64,000 nt of DNA from Pedobacter sp. Its GTDB lineage: Bacteria > Bacteroidota > Bacteroidia > Sphingobacteriales > Sphingobacteriaceae. Below the pieces are notes generated by a model. It worked only from the letters and a program-made list of their open reading frames with translations, was not told the origin of the DNA and did no database searches. Position numbers and translations under genes: made by a program. Positions 19,957 to 29,725 of this stretch are shown here, in pieces. The DNA lies in assembly GCA_045629455.1 (NCBI GenBank), contig JAZQRI010000083.1:6536-70535 (forward strand), read 5' to 3'. Numbering within the stretch: position 1 is the first letter of the stretch; every line of letters starts with the position of its first letter.

Positions 19957-19984
19957 AAACAAATTATTTATAAACTTTTATTTT

Positions 19985-20764
19985 ATGTCGAATATTTCAT
20001 CTAATCTTAAATACCTGAGGAAGAAAAAAGGCCTCACCCAACAGCAATTTGCTGATGCTATGGAAATTAAGCGTTCGCTTGTTGGTGCGTATGAGGAGGA
20101 TCGTGCAGAGCCAAAATATGAATTACTAAAGAAAATAGCAGCCTTTTATGATTTTACGATAGATGAATTTATTAACGAAGAAATAAACGACAAATGGAAA
20201 CCGAAGACGAAGGGTACCGGCTCCAACCTTCGGGTACTAAGTATCTCGGTCGATAAAGACGACAATGAGAACATTGAGCTGGTTCCTGTAAAGGCAAGCG
20301 CGGGATATTTAAATGGATTTTCAGATCCGGAATACATTAAAGACCTTCCCCGGTTCCAACTGCCGCTTCCATCCCTTAAACAAGGAACATTCCGCGGCTT
20401 TGAAATCATGGGAGACTCTATGTTACCCATCCAGCCCGGCAGTGTGGTCATCGGAGAATACCTGGAGAACTGGGCAGACGTAAAAGCCGGAGAGACTTAC
20501 ATTATTATCAGCAAGAACGAAGGCGTCGTCTACAAAAGAGCCGGAAACAAGTTCAAGGAGAATAAAGAACTAAAGCTGGTATCAGACAATAAGATGTACG
20601 CGCCCTATTCCATTGCTCCGGATGACATTCTGGAAATTTGGAAAGCTAAGGCATACATCACCTCAAGCATGCCGGAAGCCGCACCGGAGCCAACAATAGA
20701 GACGTTAACCAACATGATGTCGCAGATGCAAAAATCACTGTCAAACATGAATAAGGGCAATTAA
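19985..20764 (+). CDS. XRE-family HTH plus S24 peptidase repressor (non-canonical LexA/CI-like)
   Basis: N-terminal HTH (LKYLRKKKGLTQQQFADAMEIKRSLVGAYE); Ala-Gly cleavage-type site (VKASAGYL); S24 catalytic motif GDSMLP and a downstream VVYKR lysine. Confidence 0.8.
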   Translation: MSNISSNLKYLRKKKGLTQQQFADAMEIKRSLVGAYEEDRAEPKYELLKKIAAFYDFTIDEFINEEINDKWKPKTKGTGSNLRVLSISVDKDDNENIELVPVKASAGYLNGFSDPEYIKDLPRFQLPLPSLKQGTFRGFEIMGDSMLPIQPGSVVIGEYLENWADVKAGETYIIISKNEGVVYKRAGNKFKENKELKLVSDNKMYAPYSIAPDDILEIWKAKAYITSSMPEAAPEPTIETLTNMMSQMQKSLSNMNKGN

Positions 20765-20833
20765 CACTATTTAACATTTGCCGGTTAAACTATCTTCTGC
20801 TTTTATTATCTATTCATTAAAACAACATACAAA

Positions 20834-21244
20834 ATGAAAAAGATAATCTTAACAGTAGCAATTGCACTAACCGCGTTTACTGCAAGCTATGCGCAAAAAG
20901 GAGATAAAATACGAATGACTCCTGAACAAAGAGCAGAGAAAGTGGCAACACACTTAAAAGAGAAGTTGTCGCTATCCGACGATCAGAAGTCAAAGGTGTA
21001 CCAATTGGAAGTTGACCGCATGAAAAAAGCAGCGGAATGGCGCAAAGACAACCATGAAGCCATGAGATCTAAAATGGACTCACGCAAAGCGTTTATGAAA
21101 GAAAGCGATGAAAAGCTAGAAAAGATCTTAACTGCAGATCAGAAAAAAGCATATGAGGCCATGCGCGAAGAGCGTAAGACCCGTATGAAAGATCATAAAG
21201 GAAGACATAACCGCAGTGCTAAAGTAGATGCTGCGCAGTCTTAA
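20834..21244 (+). CDS. Secreted Lys/Glu-rich helical protein (Spy/CpxP-like by composition)
   Basis: Signal peptide MKKIILTVAIALTAFTASYAQ, then charged helical repeats. No specific family asserted. Confidence 0.55.
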   Translation: MKKIILTVAIALTAFTASYAQKGDKIRMTPEQRAEKVATHLKEKLSLSDDQKSKVYQLEVDRMKKAAEWRKDNHEAMRSKMDSRKAFMKESDEKLEKILTADQKKAYEAMREERKTRMKDHKGRHNRSAKVDAAQS

Positions 21245-21270
21245 CTGAACTGTATCAGACCTAAAGAAAA

Positions 21271-21299
21271 AGGGTATTCAATTGGATACCCTTTTTTTT
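21271..21299 (+). terminator. Rho-independent terminator
   Basis: agggtat-tcaattgg-ataccct followed by T8, 27 nt after the stop at 21244. Confidence 0.7.
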
Positions 21300-21387
21300 G
21301 TGGACTTAACTTCAGGTTTCTACAGGGGATTTTGGGTGCAACAATCTGCGGGATGTAGAGCAATTAGCGAAGGGCCATTTTATCCAT

Positions 21388-21427
21388 AAAAAAAGAGAGA
21401 CCGCTTAAAGCAGTCTCTCTTTTTTTA
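21388..21427. terminator. Bidirectional terminator downstream of rplT
   Basis: aaaaaaa-gagagac...gtctctc-ttttttt: 8-bp GC-containing stem with A- and T-runs on both sides. Confidence 0.75.
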
Positions 21428-21446
21428 TTAAATATTGAAGTTGTAT

Positions 21447-21791
21447 TTATTTAACGGTATCAATCACCGCCTTAAAAGCTTCTGGGTGATTCATTGCTAA
21501 ATCTGCTAATACTTTACGGTTTAAACCGATGTTTTTAGCAGCTAACTTACCGATCAATTGAGAGTAAGAAATGCCGTGTTGACGAGCTCCAGCGTTGATA
21601 CGTTGAATCCATAGTCCACGAAACTCTCTTTTCTTAACTTTACGGTCACGGTATGCATATTGCAAACCTTTTTCTACAGTGTTTTTAGCAACTGTAAATA
21701 CTTTACTTCTTGATCCCCAATAGCCTTTGGCCATATTTAGGACTTTTTTCCTTCTTCTTCTTGCAGCTACTGCGTTTACCGAACGTGGCAT
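21447..21791 (-). CDS. rplT: 50S ribosomal protein L20
   Basis: [39 protein letters not shown]... is an unmistakable L20 sequence. Confidence 0.97.
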   Translation of the reverse strand: MPRSVNAVAARRRRKKVLNMAKGYWGSRSKVFTVAKNTVEKGLQYAYRDRKVKKREFRGLWIQRINAGARQHGISYSQLIGKLAAKNIGLNRKVLADLAMNHPEAFKAVIDTVK

Positions 21792-21865
21792 AGTGATGTT
21801 GTTTTTTGATAAACGGTGTTGCGTATTTCAGCAAACTTACTACCGGGTACCTGGTTAAAAATTAA

Positions 21866-22066
21866 TTATTTACCGATGGCAAGCATACGTTTAACGTTGC
21901 CCATATCAGCGGCTGACACCATACTGGTGTGACCCAAATTGCGTTTACGCTTAGTTGACATCTTGGTCAAGATGTGACTTTTGAATGCATTCTTACGTGC
22001 AATTTTACCTGTTCCAGTAAGCGAAAAACGCTTTTTAGCACTGGAATTGGTTTTCATTTTTGGCAT
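21866..22066 (-). CDS. rpmI: 50S ribosomal protein L35
   Basis: [14 protein letters not shown]...[17 protein letters not shown] matches L35. It sits between infC and rplT. Confidence 0.95.
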   Translation of the reverse strand: MPKMKTNSSAKKRFSLTGTGKIARKNAFKSHILTKMSTKRKRNLGHTSMVSAADMGNVKRMLAIGK

Positions 22067-22091
22067 AACCTTGTTTATTTATGTAATTTAT

Positions 22092-22661
22092 CTATTTTTT
22101 CGCAACTTTTGGAGCAAGCGTCAGGAACATCCGTTTACCTTCCAATTTAGGTAATAATTCAACCTTACCTATATCTTCTAAAGCCTGAGCAAACTTCAGC
22201 AACAGGATTTCACCCTGCTCTTTATACACGATTGCTCTTCCTTTAAAGTGAACGTATGCACGAACCTTCTCGCCATTCTCAAGGAAACTGATCGCATGCT
22301 TCAGTTTAAACTGAAAATCGTGATCATTTGTATTCGGTCCGAAACGGATCTCCTTAATAACGGTTTGCTTCGCATTGGACTTAATCTCTTTCTGCTTCTT
22401 CTTCTGTTCGTAAACGAACTTACTGTAATCGATTATTCTACAAACCGGAGGTACAGCATTCGGAGAAATTTCAACAAGATCCAGTTCCAACTCATCGGCT
22501 AAGGCCAAAGCTTTTGCCAAAGGATAAATCCCTGGTTCAACATTATCTCCAGCTAATCTGACCTCCTGTGCCCGTATAAACTGATTAATATTATGTTCTG
22601 CTTCTTTTTTCTTAAAAGGAGGACGTGGCCCCCTATTAAATCCTGGTCTTCCTAATGCCAA
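22092..22661 (-). CDS. infC: Translation initiation factor IF-3 (non-ATG start)
   Basis: [58 protein letters not shown] matches IF-3. An in-frame TAA at 22671-22673 leaves only ATA (22665-22667) or TTG (22659-22661) as possible starts. Confidence 0.9.
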   Translation of the reverse strand: MALGRPGFNRGPRPPFKKKEAEHNINQFIRAQEVRLAGDNVEPGIYPLAKALALADELELDLVEISPNAVPPVCRIIDYSKFVYEQKKKQKEIKSNAKQTVIKEIRFGPNTNDHDFQFKLKHAISFLENGEKVRAYVHFKGRAIVYKEQGEILLLKFAQALEDIGKVELLPKLEGKRMFLTLAPKVAKK

Positions 22662-22674
22662 ATGTATATTTTAT

Positions 22675-24600
22675 TTAAATTGTAATTTCTTTTATCAATA
22701 ATTCACCAAATTCTTGCAGGGTCATTACACCTAAGTCCCCCTCACCATGTTTCCTGACGGCCAACTTGCCTTCCGCCATCTCCTTTTCGCCTATAATAAG
22801 CATGTATGGAGTTTTCTTAACCTCTGCATCCCTGATCTTCCTTCCAATCTTTTCATCACGGAAGTCAATCAATCCGCGAATATCGGAATTATTTAGCTCA
22901 TCTAAAACTTTTTTCGCATAATCTTCATATTTTTCTGAGATCGGAAGAATGATAAATTGTTCCGGCGAAAGCCATAACGGGAAATTACCTGCACAGTGTT
23001 CAATCAATACGGCAACGAAACGCTCCAGAGAACCAAATGGGGCACGATGAATCATCACAGGACGGTGTTTTTGATTGTCACTTCCGGTGTATTCCAGTTC
23101 AAAGCGCTCCGGCAAATTGTAATCCACCTGAATGGTTCCCAGCTGCCACTTTCTCCCTAAAGCGTCTTTGACCATAAAATCCAATTTCGGACCGTAGAAT
23201 GCCGCTTCGCCATATTCGACCACGGTAGGCAATCCTTTCTCTGCCGCCGCTTCAATGATTGCATCCTCGGATAGCTTCCAATTCTCATCGCTGCCGATGT
23301 ATTTGGCTTTATTTTCGGGATCACGCAAGGAAATCTGAGCGGTGTAATCTGCAAAGCCTAACGCCTTAAAGACATACAAAACCAGATCAATGACCTTTTT
23401 AAATTCCTCTTTCACCTGATCAGGGCGGCAGAATAAGTGTGCATCATCCTGAGTAAATCCTCTTACCCGGGTAAGTCCATGCAACTCACCACTTTGCTCG
23501 TACCGGTAAACCGTTCCAAATTCCGCAAAGCGCAAAGGTAAATCCTTGTATGACCGCGGCTTCACCTTGTAAATTTCACAATGGTGTGGGCAGTTCATCG
23601 GCTTCAACAAGAACTCCTCTCCTTCCTGAGGTGTCTTTATGGATTGGAAACTATCCTTACCATATTTTTCCCAGTGGCCGGAGGTGATGTATAAATTCTT
23701 ATGTCCTATGTGGGGGGTAATGACCTGCTCATAGCCAGCTTTACTTTGTGCTTTCGTTAAGAATTGAACCAAACGTTCGCGTAGCGCAGTTCCTTTAGGT
23801 AACCACAAAGGTAATCCTGCTCCTACTTTTTCAGAAAACGCAAATAGCTCAAGTTCTTTACCAAGCTTTCTGTGGTCACGCTTTTTAGCCTCTTCAATCA
23901 TCAGAAGGTACTCCGTAAGCTCACTTTGCTTTGGATAGGTAACGCCGTAAATACGAGTAAGCTGTTTCTTGGTCTCATCACCTCGCCAGTATGCGCCGGC
24001 AACATTCATCAGCTTAACCGCCTTGATAAAGCCGGTATGCGGGATATGTGGCCCACGGCAAAGATCCGTAAATGCACCTTGTTTGTAAAAAGTGATCTTA
24101 CCGTCTTCCAGACCTTGTAACAGGTCAAGCTTATATTCGTCACCTTTCTCGTTGAAATACGCTACCGCATCCGCCTTAGATACCGCAGTCCGCTCGAAAA
24201 CTTCCTTTTGTTTAGCAAGCTCAAGCATCTTTGTTTCGATGGCCTTGAAGTCGTCTGAAGAAAAATCACGTCCACCAAAATCTACATCGTAGTAAAATCC
24301 GGTCTCAATTGCCGGGCCTATACCAAACTTGGTACCTGGATATAGTGCTTCAAGTGCTTCTGCCATTAAGTGGGCAGAAGAGTGCCAAAATGTAGCCTTT
24401 CCAGCCGTATCATTCCAGGTAAGCAACTTCACAGTCGCGTCAGCTTCAATGGGTCTGGAGGAATCCCAGACTTCACCATTTACTTCTGCTGCCAATACAT
24501 TTCGAGCTAAGCCTTCAGATATCGATAAGGCAATTTGATGGGCAGTTATGCCCTCTTCATACGGACGTACAGATCCATCCGGGAGTGTAATGTTAATCAT
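22675..24600 (-). CDS. thrS: Threonine--tRNA ligase
   Basis: TGS N-terminus ([12 protein letters not shown]), class II motifs (FRAEQS-like [26 protein letters not shown]) and an anticodon-binding C-terminus. First gene of the thrS-infC-rpmI-rplT cluster. Confidence 0.97.
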   Translation of the reverse strand: MINITLPDGSVRPYEEGITAHQIALSISEGLARNVLAAEVNGEVWDSSRPIEADATVKLLTWNDTAGKATFWHSSAHLMAEALEALYPGTKFGIGPAIETGFYYDVDFGGRDFSSDDFKAIETKMLELAKQKEVFERTAVSKADAVAYFNEKGDEYKLDLLQGLEDGKITFYKQGAFTDLCRGPHIPHTGFIKAVKLMNVAGAYWRGDETKKQLTRIYGVTYPKQSELTEYLLMIEEAKKRDHRKLGKELELFAFSEKVGAGLPLWLPKGTALRERLVQFLTKAQSKAGYEQVITPHIGHKNLYITSGHWEKYGKDSFQSIKTPQEGEEFLLKPMNCPHHCEIYKVKPRSYKDLPLRFAEFGTVYRYEQSGELHGLTRVRGFTQDDAHLFCRPDQVKEEFKKVIDLVLYVFKALGFADYTAQISLRDPENKAKYIGSDENWKLSEDAIIEAAAEKGLPTVVEYGEAAFYGPKLDFMVKDALGRKWQLGTIQVDYNLPERFELEYTGSDNQKHRPVMIHRAPFGSLERFVAVLIEHCAGNFPLWLSPEQFIILPISEKYEDYAKKVLDELNNSDIRGLIDFRDEKIGRKIRDAEVKKTPYMLIIGEKEMAEGKLAVRKHGEGDLGVMTLQEFGELLIKEITI

Positions 24601-24847
24601 CTACAACTATGATTTTTTAGTTAAAAGTTTAAATTTCTAAAATCACCTACGCCGTGATCTTTATTCGTACATCTTGTTATCTAATGTTCAGCAAGCGCCC
24701 GTTACCCTATGCAATGTGCTTTTTCAACTGCAAGCGTATGAGCCTCTCGTCGGAACAAAGTTAACGGAATAATTAAGCTTTTGGCTATTCTGAACGCAAA
24801 AAGCCTTCGAAATGGCTTCTAGAGGCTTACCTTGCTGCTGTTATGAA

Positions 24848-25585
24848 CTAGTATTCCGTACTCTCCAGCCATCCGTTCGCCAGTACATCCGCGAGGTGCA
24901 TTGTCTTCAAAGGAATGTTGTTCTTGTCGATGTATCCCTGGAGGTGCAGCAGACAGGAAAGGTCCGTAGAAATGATGTAATCGACTTCCTGAGCCAAAGC
25001 ATTGTTAATCTTTTGTTCTGCCATAGCGGATGCGATGGCGTCAAATTTTACAGAAAAAGTACCACCGAAGCCGCAGCACATATCGGTTTCCCTCATTTCG
25101 ACCATCTCCAGGCCATGTACCTTGGAAAGAAGTTGTCTCGGTTCTGCTTTAATGTTGCACTCCCGTAGTCCACTGCAGGAATCATGGTAGACCGCCCTAC
25201 CCTCAAGCTCAGCGCCAAAGTAGTCCCGTTTCAACACGTTTACCAGGAAGTCCGAAAGCTCAAAAATATTTGCCTGTATGTTGCGGCAGCGGTTGTGCAC
25301 GGTTGTATTCGTAAATAAATCATTGAACCCGTTTCTGACCATGCCGACGCAGGAAGCGGACGGCGCTACAATGTAGTTGGTATCGGAGAAGTCGTTCAAA
25401 AACTTTGTACCTGTTTCCTTCGCTTCTGCCCAGTAACCGGCATTATAGGCGGGCTGTCCACAGCAGGTTTGATTGGAATTGTAGCTCACTTCGCACCCGG
25501 CTTTTTCCAGTACTTTGATGGTATTGAAAGCGGTCTCCGGATACAACTGGTCTACGAAGCAAGGCACAAATAATTCTATTTTCAT
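24848..25585 (-). CDS. (Fe-S)-binding CCG-domain protein, LutA/GlcF-like
   Basis: MKIELFVPCFVDQLYPE...CCGQPAYNAGY...CCGFGGTF: two CCG cysteine motifs typical of LutA. Confidence 0.75.
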   Translation of the reverse strand: MKIELFVPCFVDQLYPETAFNTIKVLEKAGCEVSYNSNQTCCGQPAYNAGYWAEAKETGTKFLNDFSDTNYIVAPSASCVGMVRNGFNDLFTNTTVHNRCRNIQANIFELSDFLVNVLKRDYFGAELEGRAVYHDSCSGLRECNIKAEPRQLLSKVHGLEMVEMRETDMCCGFGGTFSVKFDAIASAMAEQKINNALAQEVDYIISTDLSCLLHLQGYIDKNNIPLKTMHLADVLANGWLESTEY

Positions 25586-26919
25586 TGGTGTATATTTTGT
25601 TTTAATGGCTTTGTAGCGATAGGCCGGAATTCAGGTTCTGCCTTTCTAAGCGCGAACAAAAATACCAATCCTACCGCAAAAAAAGACGTCAACGCGATGG
25701 TTGAATTCCGCATGCTGCCTGTAAACTCCTCAACATAAGCAAATGTTACCAGTCCGGCAACAATAGCCAACTTTTCCGTAACGTCATAAAAGCTGAAAAA
25801 GGATGCCGTGTCAGCCGTAGACTCCGGAATATACTTGGAATAAGTTGACCGCGATAAAGATTGAATTCCACCCATGACCAGGCCGACTACCGCAGCAAGA
25901 ACATAGAACATGGATGTGCTTGCCACGAAATAAGCGCCGATACAAATCAGTACCCAAATGGAAACCACAACGATCAGCACCTGTACATTCCCGTAACGGT
26001 TCGATAATTTAGACATCAGGTTTGCGCCTGCAATAGCTACCAGCTGTATGATAAGTATCGTGATGATTAAGCTTGAGGTTGGCAAGTGTAAAATCTTCTC
26101 TCCAAAGCCTGCAGCGACCAGCATCACGGTCTGTACGCCCATGGAGTAGAAAAAGAAAGCCACCAGAAACTTCTTGAGCAGCCTCATTTCTTTAAGCTGT
26201 GTCCATACCTTCCTCAGTTCAGCGAAGCCATTCGGTATCTTCTTCTGCTCCTCTGGATTGAAGTTGGGACTTCCCTTCGGTAAAACATAAAAGGGAATCT
26301 GCGCAAAGACAATCCACCATAAGCCAACCAGAAGAAATGATAATCGTGGAGGGAAACTGAGATCGGAGATCCCAAACCAGCCGGGCTTCAAAACAAACAG
26401 GAGGCAAACCAACTGCAGGACTACGCTACCTACATAGCCGTACGAAAAGCCTTTCGCACTGACGGCATCCTGCTGGTCCGGGCTGGCGATTTCCGGTAAA
26501 TAAGAATTGTAAAATACAAATCCACCTGCATAACCGATGGCAGCCAGCGCAAAGCAGATAACGCCGAGTTCCAATGTTTCCAGTTTGAAGTAAAACAACC
26601 CACAACAGGCAATTGCGCCCATCCAGGTGAAAAGTTGCATATAGATCTTCTTATTGCCTTTATGATCGGCAATGGAACTTAAGATGGGAGAAATCAGTAC
26701 AATTACCAGGTAGGCCGCAGCAAGAGCATAGTTGGATAGTGCAGTATTGATAAAGCTCTTACCAAAGAACGAGACCTTGTCGCCGTTTTCGGGCGTCGTG
26801 GTGATAATGGTATAGTAAGCAGGAAATATAGTGGAAGTGATGACCAGATTGTAGGCAGAGTTGGCCCAGTCGAACATCGCCCAACCCCGGATAACCTTCT
26901 TATTATTTTTAATTTCCAT
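25582..26919 (-). CDS. MFS transporter (UMF1/Atg22-like)
   Basis: About 12 hydrophobic helices; N-terminus RGWAMFDWANSAYNLVITSTIFPAYY is typical of the UMF1 family. It overlaps the next gene by 4 nt. Confidence 0.8.
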   Translation of the reverse strand: MEIKNNKKVIRGWAMFDWANSAYNLVITSTIFPAYYTIITTTPENGDKVSFFGKSFINTALSNYALAAAYLVIVLISPILSSIADHKGNKKIYMQLFTWMGAIACCGLFYFKLETLELGVICFALAAIGYAGGFVFYNSYLPEIASPDQQDAVSAKGFSYGYVGSVVLQLVCLLFVLKPGWFGISDLSFPPRLSFLLVGLWWIVFAQIPFYVLPKGSPNFNPEEQKKIPNGFAELRKVWTQLKEMRLLKKFLVAFFFYSMGVQTVMLVAAGFGEKILHLPTSSLIITILIIQLVAIAGANLMSKLSNRYGNVQVLIVVVSIWVLICIGAYFVASTSMFYVLAAVVGLVMGGIQSLSRSTYSKYIPESTADTASFFSFYDVTEKLAIVAGLVTFAYVEEFTGSMRNSTIALTSFFAVGLVFLFALRKAEPEFRPIATKPLKQNIHQ

Positions 26920-26964
26920 GTCCTGAATATGGAAACTAATGTATAAAATTAATCAACAAAGCCT

Positions 26965-27675
26965 TTAATTTACTTTTTGAAGGGTCGAGGTACCAGATTT
27001 TTTATCGGATACATTTTTCGGATTTCCCTTGTAATAGATCGCGCTCGCGCCAGATGTATTTACTTTAAGGCTGTTTAACACATTGATATTCGATTTTCCG
27101 GTTCCTTCTATATCCAGGTCGTAATTCCCAACCACGAAGTTGAACGCATCCAGCTGCATTGTTCCTTTGCTGTCGAGGTTATGTGCACCTGCTTGTCCGC
27201 TTAGCACCAGCTTCGCTGCGCCATCTATTTCCGTATCTACCTTGCCTGCATTCATATCCAGGTTCAGGTCCGTAGCACCTGAAAGATCCAATTTGATATC
27301 GGCAACGTTTAGTTTACCCTCGGAATATACTTTACTTGCACCGCCAGCTTTTATTTCTTTGAGAGCACCGATACCTGCATGAACGACAATACTGTCTGTA
27401 CCGCAGTATTTCATCGGATCGAGATTAATCTTAAAGGTATTTCCACTCACAGACGGTTTAATCTTGTCGACAATATTGGAGTCCGCTGAAACGGTAACCG
27501 CAAATGAGCTATCCTGTCTGAGCACCAATTTTATTGGTCCGCTAACTTCAATTTCATCAAATGGACTCAGGGTCACGTTTTGAATGATATGGTTTCCTGA
27601 ATCTTCAATACATTTGGAAGAACAGGCAGATAGAAAAATAGAAACTGCGGCAATCAGGTAAATCCGGTTATTCAT
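26965..27675 (-). CDS. Lipoprotein with DUF2807 / head GIN (beta-helical) domain
   Basis: Lipobox LSAC; repetitive G-x-G/S-G strands (VSGPIKLVL, LSGATDLNL, LSGQAGAHNL, TSGASAIYYKGNP). Confidence 0.7.
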   Translation of the reverse strand: MNNRIYLIAAVSIFLSACSSKCIEDSGNHIIQNVTLSPFDEIEVSGPIKLVLRQDSSFAVTVSADSNIVDKIKPSVSGNTFKINLDPMKYCGTDSIVVHAGIGALKEIKAGGASKVYSEGKLNVADIKLDLSGATDLNLDMNAGKVDTEIDGAAKLVLSGQAGAHNLDSKGTMQLDAFNFVVGNYDLDIEGTGKSNINVLNSLKVNTSGASAIYYKGNPKNVSDKKSGTSTLQKVN

Positions 27676-27761
27676 ATGGTTGTTGTTTTAAATGTTTCGC
27701 TATTGCGCTAAATTAAGTTCTTCTGATCAGATCTTCATACGGTGACACCATAATAACCATC

Positions 27762-29669
27762 TTAAAGATGGTAATGTTTCCCATCTGTTTTGATCTTGCC
27801 TAAATCCAGTAATCTCCGGATCTGGTTTATTCGATCTGTTTCTGTTCCCGTTTTGATCGTTTTTACCAAGTCGTCGAGCTCATATGAGTCAATCTGGAGC
27901 AAAGTCGCAATTTCAAACGCAATCTTATCTTCGAGTTCATCCAGATCAAGCCGCCGCTTTTCGGCCAGACAGATATCACACACGCCGCACTTGTCCGCAA
28001 AAGGCTCATCAAAATAACGCAGCAACTGTATGCTCCTGCAGCTGGGTGTAGATGCATAGGCAAGCACAGCAGCAATCTGATCTTCCTGAATTTTCTTTCT
28101 CAGCTCAATATACCGGACGTCAATATCCATATGTAGCTGATCTACCCGGGCTCTGGTGAACTGGAGCTGCGGCTGGTCCGTCTGTGGAAGGTAAGATATC
28201 AGTTCCTGTTCCTGCAATTTTTGAAGTAAGCCAATTACCGTTTTATAGGAAACCTTCAACCTGCCCGCAATATCGTCTTCGCTGATCTTGACGTACTGGT
28301 CAAAGGCGCCGCCGTACGAACGTAGTATGGTTTTAATCAGCGGATCGTACCCGGAATTTTCAATCTGGAAACGATATACGTCTTCATTGCCCTGTATGAA
28401 CATTAACCGGGATTGCAGAAAAATGTTTTCGGAAAGCGTTAGGTAGCCGTCATGTTCCAGGAATTTCATTGCGGCGATGGTTTTCAATACGCCAAGGTTA
28501 AATCGCTTACAAAACTCAGCCAAATCAAATGGAAAGCTCAGTCCTTCTCCGGCCCCATAGGCAAGCTGGTAGTAGCTTCCCAGGTAGTGGTACGCTTTCT
28601 TGATGTCTGTCACATCAGGAAAGTTATCGGTGTATTTGGCGCGTAGTGCAATTTGATCTGATTTGTTTGCCAGTAGCACAGCAAAGGCACGATGTTCATC
28701 GCGCCCGGCCCTTCCGGCCTCCTGGTAATAGGCCTCCAGGCTTTCCGGCAGATCCAGGTGCACGACAAAACGTACATCAGGTTTGTCTATCCCCATCCCG
28801 AAAGCATTGGTCGCTACCATTACCCGGATCTTATTCTGCTTCCAGGCTTCCTGCTTACGTGAGCGTTCATTCCTTTCCAGGCCAGCATGATAAAAATCTG
28901 CGGCAACCTGGTTGCGTTGGAGAAACAGTGCAACTTCTGTGGTTTCCCTCCTGTTCCGCACATACACCAGGCCACTTCCCTTCACGTTTTTTACGACGTC
29001 GATGAGCTTCCCATATTTATCCTCCAGATCAAAAACAACGTAACTCAGATTCTTCCGGGCAAAGCTCTTGACGAATGTTTGTGGATCCTTTAGCTCCAGT
29101 TTTTCAATGATGTCCGCCCGTACGTATTTAGTAGCCGTTGCAGTTAAGGCAATCATCGGCACGTCGGGATGGATTTCTCTCAGGTTCTTGAGCAGCAGAT
29201 ATGGAGGTCTGAAATCGTATCCCCACTGGGAGATACAATGCGCCTCGTCTATAGCGAAAAGGTTGACCTTCATATAAGTAAGACGTTCCTTCACAATCGG
29301 CGACAACAACCGTTCAGGTGAGAGATACAGGAACTTTATTTTTCCGTAGATGCAGTTGTCTAGCAAAATGTCGATCTCGCGCTTTCCCATTCCCGCATAT
29401 ATGGCTACGGCCTGAATACCCTTTGCCTTGAGGTTCTCCACCTGATCTTTCATCAATGCAATCAGCGGGGATACGACAATACAGATGCCTTCCTGAAGCA
29501 GTGCCGGAAGCTGGAAGCATACAGATTTGCCTCCTCCTGTTGGAAGTAGGGCCAGCGTATCTTTGCCAGACAAAACAGAATCAATAATATCTTCCTGCAA
29601 CGGACGGAAGGTGTCAAACCCCCAAAAATGCTTGAGTAACTCTGTTTTATTCATAAAGGTCCTGTCCAA
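27762..29669 (-). CDS. recQ: RecQ-family ATP-dependent DNA helicase
   Basis: FGFDTFRPLQEDII; Walker A LPTGGGKS; DEAH box (FAIDEAHCISQWGYDFRP); TATAT; the Zn-binding cysteine cluster CGVCDIC. Confidence 0.9.
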   Translation of the reverse strand: MDRTFMNKTELLKHFWGFDTFRPLQEDIIDSVLSGKDTLALLPTGGGKSVCFQLPALLQEGICIVVSPLIALMKDQVENLKAKGIQAVAIYAGMGKREIDILLDNCIYGKIKFLYLSPERLLSPIVKERLTYMKVNLFAIDEAHCISQWGYDFRPPYLLLKNLREIHPDVPMIALTATATKYVRADIIEKLELKDPQTFVKSFARKNLSYVVFDLEDKYGKLIDVVKNVKGSGLVYVRNRRETTEVALFLQRNQVAADFYHAGLERNERSRKQEAWKQNKIRVMVATNAFGMGIDKPDVRFVVHLDLPESLEAYYQEAGRAGRDEHRAFAVLLANKSDQIALRAKYTDNFPDVTDIKKAYHYLGSYYQLAYGAGEGLSFPFDLAEFCKRFNLGVLKTIAAMKFLEHDGYLTLSENIFLQSRLMFIQGNEDVYRFQIENSGYDPLIKTILRSYGGAFDQYVKISEDDIAGRLKVSYKTVIGLLQKLQEQELISYLPQTDQPQLQFTRARVDQLHMDIDVRYIELRKKIQEDQIAAVLAYASTPSCRSIQLLRYFDEPFADKCGVCDICLAEKRRLDLDELEDKIAFEIATLLQIDSYELDDLVKTIKTGTETDRINQIRRLLDLGKIKTDGKHYHL

Positions 29670-29725
29670 AACTATAAAAACGTTCCGATATTCCTAAATT
29701 GCGGGTTCATAAAATCCACAATCAG

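Noticed and set aside
24601-24847. Regulatory leader (T-box or operator-like structure) upstream of thrS
   Set aside because: I could not identify a specifier, T-box or anticodon-like stem-loop. Only a weak 5-bp hairpin is present, which likely terminates the upstream lutA-like gene.
28646-29005. 119-aa + strand ORF inside recQ, representative of many nested or antisense ORFs in the track (e.g. 39874-40215, 14645-14968, 30938-31324)
   Set aside because: Each lies wholly inside a long, strongly conserved CDS on the other strand or frame and has biased composition. No independent support exists.
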